This document shows positions 1 through 8,676 of a stretch of 64,000 bases of DNA, in pieces. The DNA is taken from assembly GCA_045632925.1 (NCBI GenBank), contig JAZQXP010000057.1:67447-131446 (forward strand), read 5' to 3'. The stretch is from Eubacteriales bacterium (GTDB lineage: Bacteria > Bacillota > Clostridia > Oscillospirales > CAG-272). Position numbers and translations under genes: made by a program. How positions within the stretch are numbered: the stretch's first letter is position 1; each line of letters opens with the position of its first letter. The notes beneath the pieces were generated by a model. That model did not search any database, was not told where the DNA came from, and saw only the letters and a program-made list of their open reading frames with translations.

Positions 1-1207
1 TGAGAAGCAGAATGCATCCGTTTGTCTTTGCAAAATTTCGTGCGTGATCTATCGGTGCGGAGAGGATCTCGTCGATCGTAAGACCCGAAAGGCGCGAAAA
101 TTCCATATTGTGAGGCGTGAGAATGAGACGGCATTTGGCATTTTTGATCGAATCCGTGCCGAGGCGCGAGAGCGCGGTCAAGCCGTCGGCATCGACCGTC
201 ATCGTTCCGTTGTAATTATCGAGAAGATAGGAAAGCGACTTTTCTACTTCCTCCGAAAGACCGATGCCCATACCGAAGGTGATCGATTTCACACGCGCCG
301 AGAGGGCGGAAAGCTCGGATTCGTTGAAGAGGATGCCGCCTTCCTTGTCCGAGAGTGGATAAACCGTTGCTTCGAGGATCTCGGGGATGATATAGGGTGA
401 GATCGAGTCGGGAACGGCAAGCATTGCAACACCCGCGCCCGCACGCATTGCGGCGTTTGCCATCGCGGCAAGTCGGATGGCTCCGCTGTATTTCTTTGAG
501 CCTCCGATCAGCGCGACGTAGCCGTAGGTAGATTTATTTGAAAAGTTCTTCCGCTCGGGGAAGACGGAGGCATCGGGCTCGTAGAGATAATAGGGCTTGT
601 CGATCGGATCGATGCCGATATCGAGGTTGATCTTTTCTTTTATTACATCCTTAGCCTTGTTGAGAAAATGTCCGGGCTTGAATGAGCCTATCGAGCAGGT
701 GATATCGGAGAGTGCGATCGTCTCGCCCATACCCGTGTCGCCATTCATACCGCTGTTGATATCGACCGAGACCTTGAAGGCGTCCGCGGAATTGTATTTA
801 TCGATGATGACCTTCGCAAGACCGCGTACCTCGCCCGAAAATCCCGTGCCAAAGATGCAGTCGACGAGGGTGGAGAAGGACGAAAGATCGGTGTCGTCAT
901 TGCAGATTTCGTAGGGAATGTTTTCTGCGACGCACTTGTCAAAATAGAATTTTCCGTCGGCGGAAAAACGATCGCCGAGGAGGATCAGAGAACAATCAAT
1001 TCCGCGCTTTTGCAGCTCTAGCGCGATCACGTAGCCGTCGCCCGCGTTGTTGCCGTATCCGCAGACAATGCCGACGGGCGCGCGCCATTCCACAGTATCG
1101 GCAACTGCCTTGCCCGCGCGGTACATCAGCTCAAGACTTGGGGTCTTCGTAGCAATGGTGTGCGCGTCGCTTTGACGCATATTTTCAACAGAGAGGATTT
1201 CTTTCAT
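1..1207 (-). CDS. nnr: Bifunctional NAD(P)H-hydrate repair enzyme (YjeF N-terminal epimerase plus C-terminal ADP-dependent dehydratase). The 3' end is truncated by the window edge.
   Basis: Not in the ORF track because it is open to the edge. My reverse-strand translation from the ATG at 1207 gives MKEILSVENMRQSDAHTIA..GIVCGYGNNAGDGYVIALEL..GTGFSG..YGYVALIGGSKKYSGAIRLAAMA..LTPHNMEFSRL, which is typical of YjeF/Nnr. An AAGGAAG RBS lies upstream. Confidence 0.85.
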   Translation of the reverse strand, partial: MKEILSVENMRQSDAHTIATKTPSLELMYRAGKAVADTVEWRAPVGIVCGYGNNAGDGYVIALELQKRGIDCSLILLGDRFSADGKFYFDKCVAENIPYEICNDDTDLSSFSTLVDCIFGTGFSGEVRGLAKVIIDKYNSADAFKVSVDINSGMNGDTGMGETIALSDITCSIGSFKPGHFLNKAKDVIKEKINLDIGIDPIDKPYYLYEPDASVFPERKNFSNKSTYGYVALIGGSKKYSGAIRLAAMANAAMRAGAGVAMLAVPDSISPYIIPEILEATVYPLSDKEGGILFNESELSALSARVKSITFGMGIGLSEEVEKSLSYLLDNYNGTMTVDADGLTALSRLGTDSIKNAKCRLILTPHNMEFSRLSGLTIDEILSAPIDHARNFAKTNGCILLL

Positions 1208-1267
1208 GATGATTTCTTCCTTTTCTTGATGATTGAATTATAGCATAACGGGAAGGAATAGTCAAGA

Positions 1268-1302
1268 GAAAAATGAAAAACGGCTGACCAAGATCAGCCG
1301 TT
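1268..1302 (-). terminator. Rho-independent terminator downstream of the feo operon
   Basis: The stem AACGGCTGA/TCAGCCGTT lies 5 nt past the stop at 1307. On the minus strand it is followed by a T-run (an A-run at 1271-1280 on plus). Confidence 0.75.
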
Positions 1303-1306
1303 AAGT

Positions 1307-1654
1307 TTATTTGATTGAAGCCTCATATCCCGCTCTTTTGAGTCTTGATATGATGACTTCGTCGGCGACGTCCTCGGCGTAGGAGACGGTCAGCTCGTTC
1401 TTTCTGAGGTTGACGCTTCCCGCGATGCCCTTGACGTCGTTGATCACCTCTTCGACACGTCCGCGGCAATGCTCGCAATGCATACCCGCGACGGTGAAGG
1501 TCTTGGTGTATTTTACGTTCTTAAGCTTCTTCTTTTTCAGCTTCAAAGAGCCTCCGCCGCAGCATCCGCCCTCGCCCTTGAAGTGCTTGACGGTGTAGTA
1601 AACGCCGACAGCGACGATTACGGCGATTATGCCGATTATGATGTAGTTTTCCAT
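1307..1654 (-). CDS. Membrane-anchored heavy-metal-associated (HMA) domain protein with a FeoB-associated Cys-rich-like N-terminus
   Basis: MENYIIIGIIAVIVAVGVYY (TM) followed by GGCCGGG, then an HMA fold with GMHCEHC. The start at 1654 was chosen over 1687 because of the GGAGA RBS and the parallel with the neighbouring paralog's N-terminus. Confidence 0.7.
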   Translation of the reverse strand: MENYIIIGIIAVIVAVGVYYTVKHFKGEGGCCGGGSLKLKKKKLKNVKYTKTFTVAGMHCEHCRGRVEEVINDVKGIAGSVNLRKNELTVSYAEDVADEVIISRLKRAGYEASIK

Positions 1655-1699
1655 AAAATCTCCGAAATCGGGGATGCGTTGCCGCATCCCCGTAAAATT

Positions 1700-1888
1700 T
1701 TATTGCTGTTCCGCGTCATCCGAATCCGCATTGCCGCATCCGCCGCTGCACCTGCCCGAGCATTGACTTGCGTAGGGACAGCCGATGCACTTGACGCCCT
1801 TTTTCTTCTGCCTGTAGAGGTAGAAGCATATTGCGCCGATGACTGCGGCAACGATCAGAATGACGATAATGTTTGTTACGGTTTCCAT
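1700..1888 (-). CDS. FeoB-associated Cys-rich small membrane protein
   Basis: 62 aa with one TM (NIIVILIVAAVIGAICFYLY) followed by CIGCPYASQCSGRCSGGCG. It lies immediately downstream of feoB. Confidence 0.7.
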   Translation of the reverse strand: METVTNIIVILIVAAVIGAICFYLYRQKKKGVKCIGCPYASQCSGRCSGGCGNADSDDAEQQ

Positions 1889-1900
1889 GACTTTTTGTAA

Positions 1901-3943
1901 TTATTTGAGTGCGTATTCAGCCTTGAGCTTCTTGTTTGTGTTTGTGATGAGGACTACAACGATAGCTACCATAGCCGCTACTGCGATCGCGCCGCCGATT
2001 GTGCCGCCGATATGGAGGGAAGCGGGAGCGGTGATGAGAGTGCCGACAGTGTTAACAAGGTAACCGATGGTGAAGCCGACGCCAAGCTGAAGCGCGATAC
2101 CGCTCCAGAGCCACTTTGCGCTCTTCATTTCGGAGTTCATCGATCCGATCGCCGCGAAGCAAGGAGGAGAGAAGAGGTTGAACATCAGGTACGCGAGCGC
2201 TGCCGCCTTGGTAAGAGCGATAATGCCCGCAACCTCTGCGCCCGATCCCTCGATCATCGCGAGCTCCTCGGTGTCGATGAGGTTCTCGAGACCTACGAAG
2301 CAAACCGCAAGGGTACCAACGACGTTTTCCTTGGCGATGAAGCCGGTAACAGCCGCTGCCGCAAGCTGCCAGGAGAGAACGCCTACAACGGGAACAAGAA
2401 GGTATGCAAAGGGAGACGCGATGGTAGCGAGGATGGAGGCATCTGCACTTTCAGCCTCGGTAAAGGACCATGTGAATGTCTGCATGATCTGAACTGCGGT
2501 GTTGCAGAGGAGTATGATGGTTGCCGCCTTGACTATGTATGCCCAACCGCGGCTGCACATAGAGGTAAATGCACGCCAGAGGGAGGGAAGCTTGTATTCG
2601 GGAAGCTCCATAATGAAGTAGGACTTCTTCTTCCTGTTGCCGGTGATGGCGTTGATCAGAAGTGCCGCAAGGAAAATGACGACGATTCCGGTGAGGTACA
2701 TAAGCCAGCTTACCCAACCGGCGTTGTCAAAGAATGCACCTGCAAAGAGAGAGATTACGGGGATCTTCGCGCCGCAGGGCATAAAGGGAGCAAGCATTGC
2801 AGTGGCTCTGCGCTCGCGCTCGTTACGGATGGTACGGCAAGCCATAACGCCGGGAACGGCACATCCGATACCGATTACAAAGGGGATAACCGACTTACCC
2901 GAAAGGCCGACCTTCTTGAAGATGGGGTCGAGAACGACAGAAACGCGCGCCATGTATCCGCAGTCCTCAAGGAGAGCGATGAGGAAGTACATTACCATTA
3001 CGAGGGGAAGGAAGCCAACGACCGCGCCAACGCCGCCGATGATACCATCAACGACGAGAGCTACGAGGATGGGAGATGCGCCTTCCATAAGACCGCCGAC
3101 CCATTCGCCGAACATCTCGATAAGGGTTACGAGACCGGGGATAGCGAGCTCGTTTTCAGCGCCCTCATTGAATACGATTCCCTCTGCGATCCAGGGACCT
3201 ACCCAAGCCTGCGAGATCTGGAATACGAGGAACATTACGACAGCGAAGATCGGGATACCGAGCCACTTGTTCGTAAGGACCGCGTCGATCTTGTCGCCGA
3301 CGTTCTTATCCTTTGTGAGAACTTTGCGTTTTTCAACGTCCTTTACGATGCCGTTGACGAATGCGAAACGCTTGCGGTCAGCTTCTTCAACTACCTTCTT
3401 GTCGGTAAGGTCGATGTCGCCCTGAGTATAGGGGGCTGACTGAGTCTTGCCTACGTTTGCGGCTACAGCCTCGATAACAGCCTTAAGACCGTCAGCGGAG
3501 GTAGCGGTGGTGTTTACAACGGGGCATCCGAGCTTTTCGGAGAGCTTGTCTGTATCGATATTGGTCTTCTTCTTTTTGTTGATGTCGCTCTTGTTGAGGG
3601 CAACTACAACGGGGATACCGAGCTCGAGGAGCTGGGTGGTGAAGAAGAGGCTGCGGCTGAGGTTAGTTGCGTCCACGATGTTGATGATAGCATCGGGATT
3701 TTCGTTCTTAACGTATGCGCTGGTGATGCTTTCCTCGCTTGTGAAGGGGGACATCGAGTACGCGCCGGGAAGGTCAACGGCGATGAGCTGTTCCTCGCCC
3801 GAGTAGAACGATTTCTTGATTGCGTGTTCCTTTTTCTCAACGGTAACACCCGCCCAGTTTCCGACCTTTTCGTTTGAGCCGGTAAGGGCATTGTACATTG
3901 TGGTCTTACCCGAGTTAGGGTTGCCGGTCAAAGCAATTCTCAT
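1901..3943 (-). CDS. feoB: Ferrous iron transporter FeoB
   Basis: 680 aa. The N-terminal G-domain reads GNPNSGKTTMYNALTG..DLPG..NKSD, followed by a polytopic membrane domain. A strong AAGGAGG RBS is present. Confidence 0.97.
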   Translation of the reverse strand: MRIALTGNPNSGKTTMYNALTGSNEKVGNWAGVTVEKKEHAIKKSFYSGEEQLIAVDLPGAYSMSPFTSEESITSAYVKNENPDAIINIVDATNLSRSLFFTTQLLELGIPVVVALNKSDINKKKKTNIDTDKLSEKLGCPVVNTTATSADGLKAVIEAVAANVGKTQSAPYTQGDIDLTDKKVVEEADRKRFAFVNGIVKDVEKRKVLTKDKNVGDKIDAVLTNKWLGIPIFAVVMFLVFQISQAWVGPWIAEGIVFNEGAENELAIPGLVTLIEMFGEWVGGLMEGASPILVALVVDGIIGGVGAVVGFLPLVMVMYFLIALLEDCGYMARVSVVLDPIFKKVGLSGKSVIPFVIGIGCAVPGVMACRTIRNERERRATAMLAPFMPCGAKIPVISLFAGAFFDNAGWVSWLMYLTGIVVIFLAALLINAITGNRKKKSYFIMELPEYKLPSLWRAFTSMCSRGWAYIVKAATIILLCNTAVQIMQTFTWSFTEAESADASILATIASPFAYLLVPVVGVLSWQLAAAAVTGFIAKENVVGTLAVCFVGLENLIDTEELAMIEGSGAEVAGIIALTKAAALAYLMFNLFSPPCFAAIGSMNSEMKSAKWLWSGIALQLGVGFTIGYLVNTVGTLITAPASLHIGGTIGGAIAVAAMVAIVVVLITNTNKKLKAEYALK

Positions 3944-3986
3944 TAAAGAATTACCTCCTTATGTAAAATAAAATTTTTTCGATTGA

Positions 3987-4006
3987 GTTAGCGGATGCTA
4001 ACCGAA
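3987..4006. promoter_or_regulatory. DtxR/IdeR-like palindromic operator candidate between feoA and feoB
   Basis: TTAGCGGATGCTAACCGAA matches about 13-14 of 19 positions of the TTAGGTTAG(G/C)CTAACCTAA iron-box consensus. The core is the inverted repeat GTTAGC-N4-GCTAAC. Confidence 0.45.
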
Positions 4007-4042
4007 AGCCATAAAGAAGAGGCAGAAAGCCTTTCTTCTTTT

Positions 4043-4255
4043 TTAAATCAGGATAGCTTCTGCCAACTGATTGTCGATGTTATATCTTCCGTCCTTGATG
4101 GAGACGGTACAACCGCTTCTTCTGCGGGTGACGACCGTGATCGTTTCGCCGCTGTAGCAGCCGAGAGAGAAGAGGAAGGCGTTGAGCTCTTCATCGTCTG
4201 TTTTGATCTCTTTGATGATATATTCTTGTCCTTCGATTGCGTCCCTGAGTGTCAT
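4043..4255 (-). CDS. feoA: FeoA family iron transport protein
   Basis: 70 aa SH3-like FeoA sequence (KEIKTDDEELNAFLFSLGCYSGETITVV) directly upstream of feoB. Confidence 0.9.
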   Translation of the reverse strand: MTLRDAIEGQEYIIKEIKTDDEELNAFLFSLGCYSGETITVVTRRRSGCTVSIKDGRYNIDNQLAEAILI

Positions 4256-4292
4256 ATTTTCACCGTTTGTATTCGCTGATATTTGTGAATGA

Positions 4293-4321
4293 GTTAGCCG
4301 AATTAGCGTAGGCTAACTGCA
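4293..4321. promoter_or_regulatory. DtxR/IdeR-like operator candidate in the feoA leader
   Basis: The inverted repeat GTTAGCC-N11-GGCTAAC contains TTAGCGTAGGCTAACTGCA, about 13-14 of 19 matches to the iron-box consensus. It lies downstream of the feoA promoter. Confidence 0.45.
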
Positions 4322-4354
4322 CGGTATTTTAAACCATTTCAATTCACGGCCATA

Positions 4355-4383
4355 ATTATACACCTTTTGAGTATATTTGTCAA
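4355..4383 (-). promoter_or_regulatory. Sigma-A type promoter of the feoA-feoB operon
   Basis: The minus strand reads TTGACA, a 17-nt spacer, then TATAAT. Confidence 0.7.
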
Positions 4384-4413
4384 TAGTTTTTGCACATTTT
4401 TTCCGAAATAATC

Positions 4414-4443
4414 AAAAAAGCTGCTCCGAGGAACAGCTTTTTT
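4414..4443 (-). terminator. Bidirectional-looking rho-independent terminator after the CBS gene
   Basis: AAAAAAGCTGCTCC-GAG-GAACAGCTTTTTT lies 6 nt past the stop at 4449. Confidence 0.8.
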
Positions 4444-4448
4444 GTATA

Positions 4449-4853
4449 TTATTCGTACTGTTTATTCCTGTAGTAACCGAGGACGCGCTGACGGGTGACG
4501 ATGCCCATAAAGGCGCCTCTGTCGTCTGTTACGGGGACAAAATTCTGCGAGAGAAGACGCTCGAGGATCTCCTCCGTCCTCGCCGTGATCCTTACGGGAG
4601 GGTTGCGGTCGGGCTTGAGGATGTTTGCAATATGCAAATCTTCGCATTCGTACATGCTTGCGCCGCCGATGTCGACAAGGCTCCAGAGCAGGTCGCCCTC
4701 GCTGAGCGTGCCCGCGTATCCGCCGTTCTCGTCGAGTACGGGTATCGCGGTGTATCCGTGATGGCGCATCTTCTCGAGCCCCTGGCGGAAGGTGTCGTCC
4801 TTCTCAAGGTAAGCAACTTGACTCTTGGGTGTCAGAAAGAATGCTACGTTCAT
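4449..4853 (-). CDS. CBS domain pair protein
   Basis: Tandem CBS motifs (HHGYTAIPVLDENGGYAGTLSEGDLL; NFVPVTDDRGAFMGIVTRQRVL). Start taken at MNVAFFLTP, one nt from the upstream stop. Confidence 0.8.
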   Translation of the reverse strand: MNVAFFLTPKSQVAYLEKDDTFRQGLEKMRHHGYTAIPVLDENGGYAGTLSEGDLLWSLVDIGGASMYECEDLHIANILKPDRNPPVRITARTEEILERLLSQNFVPVTDDRGAFMGIVTRQRVLGYYRNKQYE

Positions 4854-4854
4854 T

Positions 4855-6297
4855 TTAAGCCGCCTTTGCAATCTCGGTGACGAGTCCGATAAGTGCCTCC
4901 GCATCCTCAAGAGTGATGAGCTGATCGTTTCTGTGACCGAACTTTACGCGGCAATAGCTCTGACTGTAGCGAGTGATCTCGATTTCGAGCTCGGAGCTTT
5001 CACCCTTGTTAAATGCAATCTTGACAGCGAGCATAAGCTCCTTTTGAGCCAACTCTTCTTCGTCCTTCAGGTATGCGACGTTCGAGGTCGCCTTGAGCGC
5101 ATCGAGCTTTGCTATAAGTGCTTCGATCGCCTCGATGTCATCGGATGCGGTTGAGGAATATGAGATCTTGCCGTCGGTGTTATTTACGTTGACGGTGAGC
5201 GTATTTCCCGCCGCCTTGAAGGTCAGCGAATCTACGCGCTCGTAGTTGGGGAGCCAGATCTCGTCGGGGAGGAGCTTGGGTTTTTCGGGGGAGATGAAGC
5301 CGAGCCATTCGTCGGACGAGGAAAGGATATAAACGAGCTTCGAGTCCTCAGTGTGTGCGTAAATACCGCCGTCCTCTCTCTGCGAGCCGATATAGATGAC
5401 GTATTTCTTCTCGGTCAGAACGCCGTTTTCCGTCTCGTCGACGTTATAGCGGACGACGATCTTTTTGCTTTCCGAAAAGCCGTACTTTTCGTCCGAGTCG
5501 TCGAGTCCGACACATTCCTCGAAGGAAAGAGAGGTGAGTAGTCCCGTGAGAGTATCAGCCATAGTGCTGTCAAGAGGAAGCTCGGGCGGGAGGATTGACA
5601 TCTGGGTGAGTCCCGTTCTGCAGTACCAGTTGTATTGGTCCGTGTAATCGCTGTCCTTGCCCGAGGGATAATAGGTGAAATCCGCGTAATTGGAGGCATT
5701 TACGGTGCTGACACCGAGGATCTTGCCCTCTGTGATCGCGGGAGGAGTTTCCTCGAGAATGAAATCGTAGATATCAAGCTCGAGCGAAGCCTTTACCGAT
5801 GAGCTGACCATATAGACCGTCTCGGTCGCGGAGGCTTCTGTGAAGTAATAAAGCGAATTGAAGGAATTGAGATTGCCGAAGATGAACTCGCGCGTGCTTC
5901 CGTCCAGGAAGATGAATTTTGCGCGCAGAGAGGGCTCGGAAAGCCCGTATTCGGCAAGCTGATCGGCTGTCACGCCCTCGAGCTGGTAGCTTGATGATGC
6001 CTCGTTGAGCGCGGTGACAGCGTTGGCGAAGACCATATTGTCGAGGGGGACCTCGGCGTTTTCGCTCCAGTTCCAAGCAGTGCCGCCTTCGTTGAGGGAA
6101 AAGCTCAGCTTCTCCTCGCCGTGCTTGAGCTCGAGACCGACGATCGTATTGTGATCGATGACGGCAACCGTGTAGCTCGGCGTCGGCTCGGTCGTTTCAT
6201 CGCCGCTCTCACGCCACATAGGGCTTGCGACGAGGTAAACGACCAGAAGCAGGACGAGGACTATCAGCATAATAAGAATATTTTTGATCTTTTTCAT
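4855..6297 (-). CDS. DUF4340-like membrane-anchored protein, last member of the GldG-type ABC operon
   Basis: N-terminal TM, then a large extracytoplasmic region. It occupies the conserved position after a GldG-like gene. Confidence 0.65.
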   Translation of the reverse strand: MKKIKNILIMLIVLVLLLVVYLVASPMWRESGDETTEPTPSYTVAVIDHNTIVGLELKHGEEKLSFSLNEGGTAWNWSENAEVPLDNMVFANAVTALNEASSSYQLEGVTADQLAEYGLSEPSLRAKFIFLDGSTREFIFGNLNSFNSLYYFTEASATETVYMVSSSVKASLELDIYDFILEETPPAITEGKILGVSTVNASNYADFTYYPSGKDSDYTDQYNWYCRTGLTQMSILPPELPLDSTMADTLTGLLTSLSFEECVGLDDSDEKYGFSESKKIVVRYNVDETENGVLTEKKYVIYIGSQREDGGIYAHTEDSKLVYILSSSDEWLGFISPEKPKLLPDEIWLPNYERVDSLTFKAAGNTLTVNVNNTDGKISYSSTASDDIEAIEALIAKLDALKATSNVAYLKDEEELAQKELMLAVKIAFNKGESSELEIEITRYSQSYCRVKFGHRNDQLITLEDAEALIGLVTEIAKAA

Positions 6298-6309
6298 TGT
6301 AATTCGTGA

Positions 6310-7797
6310 TTATCTGCGGCGGCGGTAGAAGGTGTATCCGAGACCTGCCGCGAGAAGTGCGCCGGGGATGATGAAGATGAGGATCGTTCCCCAAATATTC
6401 GCGTCGATGGCTGTTGTCGTGATGGTCGACTCGGTGATCGCGATGCTCTCAATGTCCGGAAGGACCGAGATATAGTCGCCCGTGAGAACGTTAGCCATGT
6501 TGAAGAGGAGCACAAGGTTTCCGCTTGATGTGCTGGAGATCAGACCCTCGTTGGTGAGAGCCGCAGATGCGACCCAAAGGAGCTTGCCCTTGCCGTCGCT
6601 ACCCTCCGAGATAGCCGAGAGTACCTTCTTGCCCGCCTCGCCGTTCTCGCCCGAATAAGCCTTATCCGAGGTCGTGAGCAGCTCTGTGACGGTATATCCC
6701 TGAGCCTCGCCGACCTTGATAGCCTGTGCGTTCGAGAGGAGGATGAGGTTTCTGTAGGAGGTGAAGGGGGCGGTGATCTCGTGAGTCGAGTTGACGGTGG
6801 GGTAGATGTGACCGGGGAAGTCGGTTACGTGCTTCGAGGAATCGCCTTCGCTTACGGTGCCCGCTTCAAGGGTCATACCGAAGGAGGATGTCAGAGCCAT
6901 AAGATTCTTCATACCGTCCGAATTCTTGTCGGTCATAAGGAAGAGGCTTCCGCCGTTTTCGATATAGGATGCGAGCTTTGCCGCTTCGTCCTTTGTGATA
7001 TCGCTTGTGGGCTTGTTGACGATGATGCAAGCGCAATCCTCGGGGATGCTGTCACCCTCGAGAGCAAGATTTAGCTCGGAATATTCGATTCCGTAATCGG
7101 TGAGAGTCGATGCTACGGTGTCGCCGAAGGTCTCCTCGCCGTGTCCGCTGAGGAGGTAGATCGAGGGGATCGTCTCGGCGCATACGTACTCGATTGCACC
7201 CGTGATGGTGCCGTCGAAGCAATAACCGTCCGCGACGGGATAGATTCCGTATAACTTATACTGATCGTAGATCTCGCTTGCCTCCTCGAGTGAGAGACCG
7301 CTTGCGCCAAGCTCGGTGAAGGCGTAGGTGTAGAGCTCACCCGTGTGGATAACGCGATAGCGATTCGCGCTTTCAACGAGAAGGTAGGTCGACATATAGT
7401 CCGAGGTAGCCTCCTCTGCGAGATCCTCAAATTCGGGATATTTGTCGAGGAATGCGGGATCCTCGAGCGGATCGACGTATTTCAGATTAAGCTTCTGGGA
7501 CATCGATACGTATCTCTCGAGGAAGGATGTGAGCGTGCTGTCCTCGTAGCCGTCGGGAACGACGTAGTAGATCGTGACGTTTTCATCAATGCCCGAGATG
7601 AAGCTCTCGGTCGTGCCGGAGATCTCGTACTGACCCGACGCGGTCGTGTCGAGCATAGTGTGCTTTGCGGGAAGCGAGCCGACGATCATATTGACGACCA
7701 CGAGAACAGCGAGAAGGATCAGAGAAAGAACTACGGAGTAGATTCCGCTCTTGCCGCGTCTGTCAAAGAGGGGCTTTTTATTCATATTGTTATTCAT
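6310..7797 (-). CDS. GldG-family ABC-transporter auxiliary protein
   Basis: 495 aa with N- and C-terminal TM anchors flanking a large external domain. It follows an ABC-2 permease. A GAGGAGG RBS is present. Confidence 0.75.
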   Translation of the reverse strand: MNNNMNKKPLFDRRGKSGIYSVVLSLILLAVLVVVNMIVGSLPAKHTMLDTTASGQYEISGTTESFISGIDENVTIYYVVPDGYEDSTLTSFLERYVSMSQKLNLKYVDPLEDPAFLDKYPEFEDLAEEATSDYMSTYLLVESANRYRVIHTGELYTYAFTELGASGLSLEEASEIYDQYKLYGIYPVADGYCFDGTITGAIEYVCAETIPSIYLLSGHGEETFGDTVASTLTDYGIEYSELNLALEGDSIPEDCACIIVNKPTSDITKDEAAKLASYIENGGSLFLMTDKNSDGMKNLMALTSSFGMTLEAGTVSEGDSSKHVTDFPGHIYPTVNSTHEITAPFTSYRNLILLSNAQAIKVGEAQGYTVTELLTTSDKAYSGENGEAGKKVLSAISEGSDGKGKLLWVASAALTNEGLISSTSSGNLVLLFNMANVLTGDYISVLPDIESIAITESTITTTAIDANIWGTILIFIIPGALLAAGLGYTFYRRRR

Positions 7798-7812
7798 AGC
7801 GCACCTCCTCTA

Positions 7813-8676
7813 TCAGCTCCAACGGCGCTTGTCGAAGGACTGCACCGTCAGGAAAATGAAAAATACGGCAAAGGAAATATAATAAACGATCGCGTCGACG
7901 TCGAAGATTCCGCCGAGGAAGCTGTAGAATCTGTCGAATACGGCAAGGTATTCGATTACCTTCGGGAAGGCGGACTCGAAGATCGCGGAGTTGATGAAAT
8001 AAACGACAACTAGCGGGATGACCGTGATTCCGCCGACAATGGCGGTGATGATGTAGTTATGGGTAAGGTAATAGACGATCGCGGTGAGTGCGAGTGCTAC
8101 AACGACGAAGCAAACGAGCGATGCGATCGCGGATGCGGGAAGCATACCGACAAGCGAGCCGAGGAGATAGAGTCCGAGCGAGGACGCGACGCCTCCGATA
8201 GCGGCGATGAGCTGATTCTCGGTAAGCGAGGAGACGAAGGTGCAGACTGCGATGAGAGCCGCGCCGAGAAGGAAAAATCCGAGGATCGCGCCGTATGCGG
8301 ATGCAAAATTAACCGTACCGAACATACCGATGATGATGGGTGTAGCGCCCATACCGAGGCAGGCGATGCCCCAGACAGCTATCATTGCAAGATACTTGCC
8401 GAGTACGATCTGGGTTGTGCTTACGGGCAGGGAGTAGAGGAGCATATCGGTCTTCGCGCGCTTGTCCTCCGCAATCGAGCGCATAGTCAGTATCGGAACG
8501 ATCAGCATAAGCACCGTTGTCAGATCACTCAGAATGTATTCATAGGCGGAAAACTGACGGATGAAGTTGAGCGCGGTCGAGAATATTCCCGAGAATAGCC
8601 AGAGCACGCCGATGAAGACGTAGCCCGACATATTGATAAAGTAGGATTTAAATTCCCTTTTGAATATTGCGATCAT
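7813..8676 (-). CDS. ABC-2 family transporter permease
   Basis: 287 aa polytopic membrane protein. Its start overlaps the ATPase stop by 1 nt. Confidence 0.8.
   Translation of the reverse strand: MIAIFKREFKSYFINMSGYVFIGVLWLFSGIFSTALNFIRQFSAYEYILSDLTTVLMLIVPILTMRSIAEDKRAKTDMLLYSLPVSTTQIVLGKYLAMIAVWGIACLGMGATPIIIGMFGTVNFASAYGAILGFFLLGAALIAVCTFVSSLTENQLIAAIGGVASSLGLYLLGSLVGMLPASAIASLVCFVVVALALTAIVYYLTHNYIITAIVGGITVIPLVVVYFINSAIFESAFPKVIEYLAVFDRFYSFLGGIFDVDAIVYYISFAVFFIFLTVQSFDKRRWS

Noticed and set aside
2012-3439. The ORF track lists many long ORFs antisense to clear genes. Examples are 2012-3439 opposite feoB, 16042-17181 opposite glgD, 18729-20069 opposite glgP, 21778-23028 opposite the GH13 gene, 25137-26240 opposite the FAD gene and 30319-31671 opposite ynbB. 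Others are 38371-39513, 40051-41103, 42504-44765 opposite GH78, and 53774-55057 opposite asd.
   Set aside because: Each lies opposite a gene with strong family motifs. They have low-complexity R/G/A/D-rich translations typical of the antisense frame in GC-rich coding DNA. None has a convincing RBS.
4854-4910. The ORF track offers longer N-terminal extensions for several genes. Examples are 4910 for the CBS gene, 32112 for murI, 36706 for murD, 36846 for dinB, 49814 for hpf, 49963 for ligA, 11317 for deoC and 57885 for the response regulator.
   Set aside because: In each case an internal ATG or GTG has a proper RBS at 5-9 nt and restores the canonical family N-terminus. The extensions overlap upstream genes or promoters.
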